DNA of 64,000 nucleotides from Spirochaetia bacterium (GTDB lineage Bacteria; Spirochaetota; Spirochaetia; SZUA-6; Bin103): NCBI GenBank assembly GCA_965243545.1, contig OZ251573.1, positions 596,217 to 660,216 of the forward strand, read 5' to 3'. Shown piece by piece: positions 57,500 to 64,000 of this stretch (position 1 is its first letter; each line of letters starts with the position of its first letter). The notes under the pieces were generated by a model. It saw only the letters and a program-made list of their open reading frames with translations, ran no database searches and was not told where the DNA came from. The position numbers and the translations under genes were made by a program.

Positions 57500-58456
57500 A
57501 TGGACGACGAACGATGGACCGACATCTTTCCGGCGACGTGCCTGCCGCTCAACGACGACTACTCGGTCAACGAAGGGGAGCTGCGCCGCTACGTGCGCTG
57601 GCTGGCCGGCTTCGACGAGATCCGCGGACTGGTCTGCAACGGCCACACCGGCGAGATCACGTCGCTGTCGCCGGCCGAGCGCCGGCGCGTCACCGAGGTG
57701 ATAGCCAGTGAGGTCGGCGGCGACGCGCTGGTGATCTCCGGCATCTCCGCGGAGGGGACCCTGGAGGCGATCGAGCACGCGCAGGCGGCCCAGGACGCGG
57801 GCGCCGACGGCATCCTGCTGATGCCGCCGCACAACTGGCTCCGCTTCGGCATGAAGCCGGAGACGCCGGTGCGGTTCTTTCAACGCGTGGCCGAGGCGAT
57901 CGACATCGGCATCGTCATCCACCTCTACCCGGCCGCCACCAAGGCGTTCTACCCGGCGGAGACCGTGATCGAGATGGCGCGCATCCCCAACGTCAAGGCG
58001 CTCAAGACCGGCACGCGGCACATGGCGCTGTACGAGCGCGACTGCCGCCTGTTCCGCCGGCGCGCGCCGCACCTGTCTCTGCTCACCTGCCATGACGAGT
58101 CGCTGCTGTCGTCGATGTACGTGGGCGTCGACGGCGCGCTGATCGGCTTTGCCGGCTGCATCCCGGAGCTGATCTGCGAGGCGTGGCAGGCGGTCAAGGC
58201 CGGCGACTTCGCGCGCACGCGCGAGCTGCAGGACCGCATCTTTCCGATGGCGGAGGCGATCTACGGCATCGGCCAACCGTCGGGAGAGGCGCACGCCCGC
58301 ATGAACGAAGCGCTGTATCAGCGCGGCGTGTTCTCCACGCCGCTGATGCGTGAGCCGGTGCTCCCGCTCGACCGGGCGGAGCAGGACCAGGTGCGCGCAG
58401 CGTTGCGGGAGGCGCAGGTGGCGCCGGTCGCCCGCCCGCAGCCGCAGCCGGCCTGA
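57500..58456 (+). CDS. Dihydrodipicolinate synthase/N-acetylneuraminate lyase family (class I aldolase)
   Basis: CNGHTGE and the Schiff-base lysine context ALKTGT. Confidence 0.75.
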   Translation: MDDERWTDIFPATCLPLNDDYSVNEGELRRYVRWLAGFDEIRGLVCNGHTGEITSLSPAERRRVTEVIASEVGGDALVISGISAEGTLEAIEHAQAAQDAGADGILLMPPHNWLRFGMKPETPVRFFQRVAEAIDIGIVIHLYPAATKAFYPAETVIEMARIPNVKALKTGTRHMALYERDCRLFRRRAPHLSLLTCHDESLLSSMYVGVDGALIGFAGCIPELICEAWQAVKAGDFARTRELQDRIFPMAEAIYGIGQPSGEAHARMNEALYQRGVFSTPLMREPVLPLDRAEQDQVRAALREAQVAPVARPQPQPA

Positions 58457-58491
58457 GCGCCGCGGACACGATCGGAACGCCGCGGCCGGCG

Positions 58492-59268
58492 ATGGCCAAA
58501 CTCAAGCTCCCCATAGGCATCCAGACCTTCCGCCAGATACGGGAGGAGGGGTTCTACTACGTGGACAAGACCCCGTACGCCCGCCGGCTGGTCGATGACG
58601 CCGGCAAGCACTTCTTCCTGTCCCGGCCCCGGCGGTTCGGCAAGAGCCTGTTCGCGGACACGCTCAAGGAGCTGTTCGAAGGGAGTGAGCCGCTGTTTCG
58701 CGGCCTGGCCGTCCACGACCGCTGGGACTGGAAGCGCCACCCGGTGGCGCGGCTCGACTTCAGCAACGGCAACTTCAAGCGGGCGGGCGCCCTGGAAGAG
58801 AGCGCGGCGGCGCAGATCGACGACATCGGCCGGCGCGCCGGCGTCGCCTCGCGCGGCGGCAGTCCGCCGATTCGCTTCCGCCGCCTGATCGAGGCGCTGA
58901 GCGAAGCTGCGGGCCGGCGGGTGGCGGGCATTCCGCACGACTGGCGCCGCCGCAACGACATAGCCCGCTACGAAGGGTACTGGGCAAGCGTGTTCTACGC
59001 GTTCTTCCAGGCGTCGGTGGACGGCGTTTCGGTGGAGGACGCCGGCAGCCGCGGCCGGCTCGACCTGGCCGTGGTCGCCGGCGGCAGCGCCTGGCTGTTC
59101 GAGTTCAAGGTGGCGGAACGGAGCGAGCGGGGCGCCGCGCTGGCGCAGCTGAAGGAGCGGCGGTACGCGGACAAGCACCGCGCCGCTGACCGGGCGGTGC
59201 ATCTGATCGGCGTGGAGGTGAGCGCCGCGACGCGGGACATCGCCGCGTTCGACGTGGAAGAAGGCTGA
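58492..59268 (+). CDS. Short AAA-ATPase-like (N-terminal) / PD-(D/E)XK_9-like (C-terminal) protein; the central region of the usual 500-aa family is missing
   Basis: GIQTFRQIREEGFYYVDKT..FFLSRPRRFGKSL at the N-terminus; GRLDLAVV..WLFEFKV at the C-terminus. Confidence 0.55.
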   Translation: MAKLKLPIGIQTFRQIREEGFYYVDKTPYARRLVDDAGKHFFLSRPRRFGKSLFADTLKELFEGSEPLFRGLAVHDRWDWKRHPVARLDFSNGNFKRAGALEESAAAQIDDIGRRAGVASRGGSPPIRFRRLIEALSEAAGRRVAGIPHDWRRRNDIARYEGYWASVFYAFFQASVDGVSVEDAGSRGRLDLAVVAGGSAWLFEFKVAERSERGAALAQLKERRYADKHRAADRAVHLIGVEVSAATRDIAAFDVEEG

Positions 59269-59276
59269 AAGGAGGA

Positions 59277-60446
59277 ATGACCATGCAGCCATTGGCGCAG
59301 GATTACGTAGTGGTGGCGGAGTCGCCCGACAAGGAGCGGCACTTTGCCGGATCGCCCGGCATCGTGCGGCTGCCGGGCGGGGAGATGGCCGCCTCGTACG
59401 AGTGGTTTCAGCCCAAGCCGTACACGGAGACGCTGGCCGATCAGACCGAGGTGCGGGTGAGCGCGGACGGCGGCCGCACCTGGGAGCTGCGCGGCCGCAC
59501 CGACGTCATCTGGCCGAGCTGTTTCGTGCACGGCGGCGCGCTCTACATGATCGGCAACCGGCGCCGGTCGCGGCAGGTCGTGATCAGCCGGTCCGCGGAC
59601 GGCGGCCGCACCTGGACGCCGGAGGTCGAGGTGTGCGACCGGCGCAGCCACGGCGCGCCGACCGCGGTGACGTTCCAGGCCGGGCAGGTGTACCGCGCGT
59701 TCGAGACCTGTCCGCGCGTCGGCCGGTCGGGCGGCGGGCGCTCCTCCTGGGAGTCGTTCGTGATGGCCGGCGACCTGAGCCGCGATCTGCTCGACCCGGC
59801 CGCGTGGCGGGCGTCGCCGATGGAGCGGTTCCCCGGCGCGCCGCACCCCATGAACACCTTTGCGTATCCGCCGGAGACCGGCACCGAGGACTGCTGGATC
59901 GAAGGCAACCTGATCTCCGTGCGGGGCCGGCTGCGCAACCTGCTCCGCCTGCACGTGCTGGGGCGCGCCACCGTCGGCCTGGCCGCCATCTGCGACCTGG
60001 ACGACGACGGCCGCACCATGAGCTACCGGTTCAGCCAGTACTGCCCGATGCCCGGCGGGCAGTGCAAGTTCCACGTCATCTACGATCCGGTCTCCGATCT
60101 GTTCTGGACCTGCGTCAATCCGGTCTCCGACACGTTCACGCCGGTCGACGACCAGCTGCGGGAGATCGGCTTTCACGGCATCGTCGCCAACGAGCGCCGC
60201 ATCCTGCTGCTGATCTACAGCGCCGACGCCCAGAACTGGTTCCATGCCGGCTGCGTGGCGATGACCCGCAAGATGACCGACTCGTTCAGCTACGCCTCCA
60301 ACCTGATCGACGGCGACGACCTGGTCGTCCTGTCGCGGACCTCGGTGGGCGGCGCCAGCCAGCACGACACCAACCTGATCACCTGCCACCGGGTCACCGG
60401 CTTCCGCCGCCTGGCGCTCGACCTGACCCGCGACTTCACCCGCTGA
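59277..60446 (+). CDS. BNR/Asp-box repeat sialidase-like glycoside hydrolase
   Basis: Two SADGGRTW Asp-boxes and a beta-propeller-like composition. Confidence 0.65.
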   Translation: MTMQPLAQDYVVVAESPDKERHFAGSPGIVRLPGGEMAASYEWFQPKPYTETLADQTEVRVSADGGRTWELRGRTDVIWPSCFVHGGALYMIGNRRRSRQVVISRSADGGRTWTPEVEVCDRRSHGAPTAVTFQAGQVYRAFETCPRVGRSGGGRSSWESFVMAGDLSRDLLDPAAWRASPMERFPGAPHPMNTFAYPPETGTEDCWIEGNLISVRGRLRNLLRLHVLGRATVGLAAICDLDDDGRTMSYRFSQYCPMPGGQCKFHVIYDPVSDLFWTCVNPVSDTFTPVDDQLREIGFHGIVANERRILLLIYSADAQNWFHAGCVAMTRKMTDSFSYASNLIDGDDLVVLSRTSVGGASQHDTNLITCHRVTGFRRLALDLTRDFTR

Positions 60447-60505
60447 CGCGCTCGGGCCACGGCCGGTTGACCGCGCCCCGCGCGCCGTGGTAGCGTCCGC
60501 CCCGG

Positions 60506-61477
60506 ATGCTGCTGCCGCACGCCCCTCCCGACGCCGCCGTTCGGGACGCCCGCACCGTTGCGCTCAACCGCCCGTCGATCCTGAAGCGGTACTACCGCCA
60601 CCGCTACCTGTTCGCCCTGCTGGCCGCGGCGCTGGTCTGGACCATCGTCTTCAAGTACGTCCCGATGTACGGGGTCATCATCGCGTTCCAGAAGTACCGG
60701 TTTTGGGACGGCATCTGGGGCAGCGAGTGGGTCGGGCTCCATCACTTCACGCGGATGTTCGACGGCACCACCGATTTTGGCCGGATCTTCCGCAACACGG
60801 TGCTCATCAGCCTGTACCGGTTGTTCTGGGGCTTTCCGGCCCCGATCATCCTGGCCCTGCTCCTCAACGAAGTGCGCCAACGCCACTTCAAGCGCACCGT
60901 GCAGACGATCAGCTACCTGCCGCACTTCCTGTCATGGGTCGTCCTGGGCGGCGTGATCAGGTCGATCCTGTCTCCCTCTACCGGGGTGGTCAACTCCGTC
61001 ATCACGGCCCTGGGCGGCGCCGAGATCCACTTTCTGGCCAACATCGACTGGTTCGTGACCGTCCTGATTTCCAGCGGCGTATGGCAGCAGGTCGGGTGGG
61101 GGTCGATCATCTTTTTGGCCGCCATCGCCGGGGTCGACCCGCAGCTGCACGAGTCGGCGATCGTCGACGGCGCCGGCAAGCTCCGGCAGGCGTGGAGCAT
61201 TACCATCCCGTCGATCATCCCGGTGATCATCATCATGTTCATCCTGCGAGTGGGAGACATCCTGGATGCGGGGTTCGACCAGATTTTCATGCTCTACAAC
61301 CCGGCGGTCTACGAGGTGGCGGACATCATCGACACGTACGTCTACCGCGTCGGGTTGGCCGAGTTGCAGTACAGCTTCGCCGCGGCCGTAGGGCTATTCA
61401 AGAACGTGATCGGCCTGATCCTGGTGGTGATCGTCAACCGCGCCGCCAAGAGCGTGGGCGAATACGGCCTCTGGTAG
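60506..61477 (+). CDS. Carbohydrate ABC transporter permease (LplB-like)
   Basis: FKYVPMYGVIIAFQKY..LLNEVRQRHFKRT. Confidence 0.8.
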   Translation: MLLPHAPPDAAVRDARTVALNRPSILKRYYRHRYLFALLAAALVWTIVFKYVPMYGVIIAFQKYRFWDGIWGSEWVGLHHFTRMFDGTTDFGRIFRNTVLISLYRLFWGFPAPIILALLLNEVRQRHFKRTVQTISYLPHFLSWVVLGGVIRSILSPSTGVVNSVITALGGAEIHFLANIDWFVTVLISSGVWQQVGWGSIIFLAAIAGVDPQLHESAIVDGAGKLRQAWSITIPSIIPVIIIMFILRVGDILDAGFDQIFMLYNPAVYEVADIIDTYVYRVGLAELQYSFAAAVGLFKNVIGLILVVIVNRAAKSVGEYGLW

Positions 61478-61486
61478 GGAACCGCC

Positions 61487-62377
61487 TTGATAATCCGCAC
61501 CACCGGAGAACGGATCTTCGGAGTCCTCAACGGTTGGTTCCTGATACTGCTCTCGGTCACCATCCTGTTCCCGTTCGTCAACCTGTTGGCAGTCTCCCTG
61601 ACCCACGGATCAAGCGAGCACCTGAGCAACGCGATGCTGTGGCCGCGCCCCTTCTCCATCAAGTCGTATGAGGCGATCCTGGGTGACGACGAACTCTACA
61701 TGGGTTATCTGGTCACCATCGTCCGCACCGTGTTGGGCACCTTCGCGACGGTCATGGTGCTACTCTGCGCCGCCTATCCGCTGTCGAAGAAGTACCTTCC
61801 GCATCGCAACTTCTACACGTCGATCTTTGTCTTCACGCTGTTCTTCTCCGGCGGTCTGATCCCCACCTACATTCTGGTCCGCAGCCTGGGCCTCATCAAC
61901 AACGTGCCGCTGGTGTTCGTACTGATCAACTTGGCGCCGGCGTTCTGGCTGCTCATCATGCGCAACTTCCTGATGACCATCCCGGGGGAGATCGAAGACT
62001 CGGCGCGCATCGACGGCGCCAACGAGGTCGTGACGCTGTTCCGCATCATCGCCCCCATGTCGATGCCCGTGATCGCCACGATCGGACTGTGGAGCGCGGT
62101 CGCGCATTGGAACGCGTGGTTCGACTCGATACTGTACGTCACCGACCGAAACAAGCACGTGCTGCAGATCTGGCTGCAACGCATCGTGATCACCGCCAAC
62201 GACACGCTCACCATCGAGGCGGAGCAGGCGTTCGACGAGGCGGCGCTGCGGCCGGTGCGGCCGCAGACCCTCAACTCGGCGGCGATCTTCGTCGCCATGG
62301 CGCCGATCCTGGCCGTGTATCCGTTCATCCAGAAATACTTCGTGAAGGGGGTGATAATCGGGTCTCTCAAGGGGTAG
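61487..62377 (+). CDS. Carbohydrate ABC transporter permease (LplC/MalG-like)
   Basis: TM topology, EAA loop; follows the LplB-like gene by 9 nt. Confidence 0.8.
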   Translation: MIIRTTGERIFGVLNGWFLILLSVTILFPFVNLLAVSLTHGSSEHLSNAMLWPRPFSIKSYEAILGDDELYMGYLVTIVRTVLGTFATVMVLLCAAYPLSKKYLPHRNFYTSIFVFTLFFSGGLIPTYILVRSLGLINNVPLVFVLINLAPAFWLLIMRNFLMTIPGEIEDSARIDGANEVVTLFRIIAPMSMPVIATIGLWSAVAHWNAWFDSILYVTDRNKHVLQIWLQRIVITANDTLTIEAEQAFDEAALRPVRPQTLNSAAIFVAMAPILAVYPFIQKYFVKGVIIGSLKG

Positions 62378-62474
62378 TGCCCCCGCGGCCCATCGGGCCG
62401 GATTATCAAGCCGCGTCTTGACGCGAGTGAGTCGCCAAGCGCGCGAAACAACAACAAAGGAAGGATCGAAGACT

Positions 62475-64000
62475 ATGCGCAAACTCTCACTACCGCTGGT
62501 CCTGGTGCTGCTCGCCGGGTTCGCCGTCGAGCTGGCGGCCCAGGAGTACACCTACACCAGCGCGGCGACCAACATGCATCGCCGGAACCCGGAACTGAAC
62601 ATGACCAAGCGCTGGATGGACGAGTACTTCGACGTCCAGTTCGACTGGGTCAATACGGAGAATCAGTTCGAGAAGCTCAACGTGCTGCTGGCGTCCGGTG
62701 AAGTTCCCGACATGATCGCCATGCGGATGAACCCGGTGCAGCTGGCGACCTACGCCGACCAGGGCGTCCTGGCCGAGCTGTCGGTCGACACCATCCGCGA
62801 AGTGATGCCGGAGTACTACGACCACGTCGCGTCGTTCGGCGACCCGCGCGTATGGAAGTACGGCGAGATCGACGGCAAGCACATGGGGCTGCCGATCATC
62901 AGCCCGTGGAACGTGTACCGGCGCGGCATCGCCTGGAACGCCCAGTGGCTGCACAACGTCGGCATCGACAAGATTCCGGAGACGCTGGACGAGTTCGAAG
63001 AGGCGTACCACAAGTTCCGCCACGAAGACCCCAACGGGAGCGGCAGCAAGGACACCTACGCGTTTACCGCGCCGGGTGACCAGGAGACCGCCCCCGCCGG
63101 CTTCTTCCAGGAGATCTTCGGCGCCCACGGCACGTTCGCGTTCCAGTGGATCGAGAAGGACGGCAAGCTGCAGTACGGCTTTACCGATCCGGGCACCAAG
63201 GAGGCGCTGGCGCTGCTGGCCGACTGGTACGCCCGCGAGATGATCGACCCGGAATGGGTCACCGAGATCGGGCGCAAGGACGGCGCCAACGACGTCTCGT
63301 GGAAGTTCGCCAATGAGAAGATCGGTTACGTCTCCTCGCTCGGCGCCGACGACTCCGAGTGGGACGGCGGCGGCCACCTCAACCGCAAGTGGCACCTGGC
63401 CCATCCCGAACACCGCTCCTACATCTATGACGATCCCGATTGCTGGCCAGACAACTGCTCCGGCCTGGGACACTACAGCATCATCGCCTTTCAGGAGATC
63501 GATCCGGCCGCCCACGCGGACGTGACCGACTACCATCCGTACGTGAACGGCGAACCGCCGATCGGACCGCGCGGCGACGCCGGCATGTCCGTGCGCGGCC
63601 TGCAGCCGTTGTACGTCACGTTCGGACGGCAACTCGAACGGGATCAGGACAAGCTTCACCGCTTGCTGGAGGTGCTCAACGCCATCGCCACCGACCGCGC
63701 GCTGTACTACTCGTCGGCGCTCGGCTGTTTCGTCGGCGACCCGACGGAGGTGTGCATGGAAGCGACGCCGTGGCACTGGATCCCGTGGGACGGATCGGAG
63801 TACGGTGACTACTTCGGCCAGACCGACGAATGGCTGGCCGACCCGCGCCGCCAGGGCGAGCTCGGTCAGAACCTGGCCGGCGGCTTCTCGACCAACCCGT
63901 TCTGGGTCTACGCGCCGTGGTACAACGTGAGCCGCGGCGCCGGCGGCGTGCAGCGGCAGATGCTGTACGACACCATCGCCAGCCAGAACACCGTGGAGCA
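62475..64000 (+). CDS. Extracellular solute-binding protein, family 1 (LplA-like), 3' partial
   Basis: AAGGAAGG RBS; signal peptide MRKLSLPLVLVLLAGFAVELAAQ. The frame is open to the window end, so it is absent from the ORF track. Confidence 0.7.
   Translation, partial: MRKLSLPLVLVLLAGFAVELAAQEYTYTSAATNMHRRNPELNMTKRWMDEYFDVQFDWVNTENQFEKLNVLLASGEVPDMIAMRMNPVQLATYADQGVLAELSVDTIREVMPEYYDHVASFGDPRVWKYGEIDGKHMGLPIISPWNVYRRGIAWNAQWLHNVGIDKIPETLDEFEEAYHKFRHEDPNGSGSKDTYAFTAPGDQETAPAGFFQEIFGAHGTFAFQWIEKDGKLQYGFTDPGTKEALALLADWYAREMIDPEWVTEIGRKDGANDVSWKFANEKIGYVSSLGADDSEWDGGGHLNRKWHLAHPEHRSYIYDDPDCWPDNCSGLGHYSIIAFQEIDPAAHADVTDYHPYVNGEPPIGPRGDAGMSVRGLQPLYVTFGRQLERDQDKLHRLLEVLNAIATDRALYYSSALGCFVGDPTEVCMEATPWHWIPWDGSEYGDYFGQTDEWLADPRRQGELGQNLAGGFSTNPFWVYAPWYNVSRGAGGVQRQMLYDTIASQNTVE

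Noticed and set aside
62490-63776. 428-aa minus-strand ORF
   Set aside because: Antisense to the solute-binding protein gene, which has an RBS, a signal peptide and a family fold.
1-64000. CRISPR arrays, rRNA
   Set aside because: No regularly spaced short direct repeats and no rRNA-like conserved stretches were seen. All the tandem repeats noted are coding.

Overview
This is a high-GC (about 70%) bacterial chromosomal segment with dense coding on both strands, GGAGG-type ribosome-binding sites and many 4-nt overlapping start/stop junctions. Overlapping spurious ORFs occur in most frames, as expected at this GC content. All calls rest on reading the translated ORFs for family-specific motifs; no database search was possible. 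The window mixes housekeeping genes with catabolic and accessory modules. Housekeeping genes are a glycine-betaine ABC transporter (proXWV), a eukaryote/archaeal-type prolyl-tRNA synthetase, and a form-II CoxSLM-type molybdo-dehydrogenase. Catabolic modules include a sulfatase, an Ldh_2 oxidoreductase, a 1126-aa glycosidase-like protein, lactonase/NHL/2-hydroxyacid dehydrogenase enzymes, and a sialic-acid-like cluster (DHDPS-family lyase, BNR sialidase-like protein, LplABC-type sugar transporter). A clearly accessory island spans about 12.6-24.8 kb and 40-48.7 kb. It contains an atypical Type III R-M system: one Res helicase-nuclease plus two tandem 1000-aa Mod paralogs that differ only in the central target-recognition region. 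Other island genes include DUF3782, Rpn and two Uma2 PD-(D/E)XK proteins, and a tyrosine recombinase flanked by 23-bp inverted repeats. An IS1380-like insertion sits between two paralogous flanks in a new family of secreted cysteine-pair tandem-module proteins that lie next to a DsbA-like oxidoreductase and a duplicated dsbA 3' fragment. A further oddity is an in-frame Gfo/Idh/MocA oxidoreductase-adenylosuccinate-synthetase (PurA-like) fusion. No rRNA, tRNA or CRISPR array was detected by eye.
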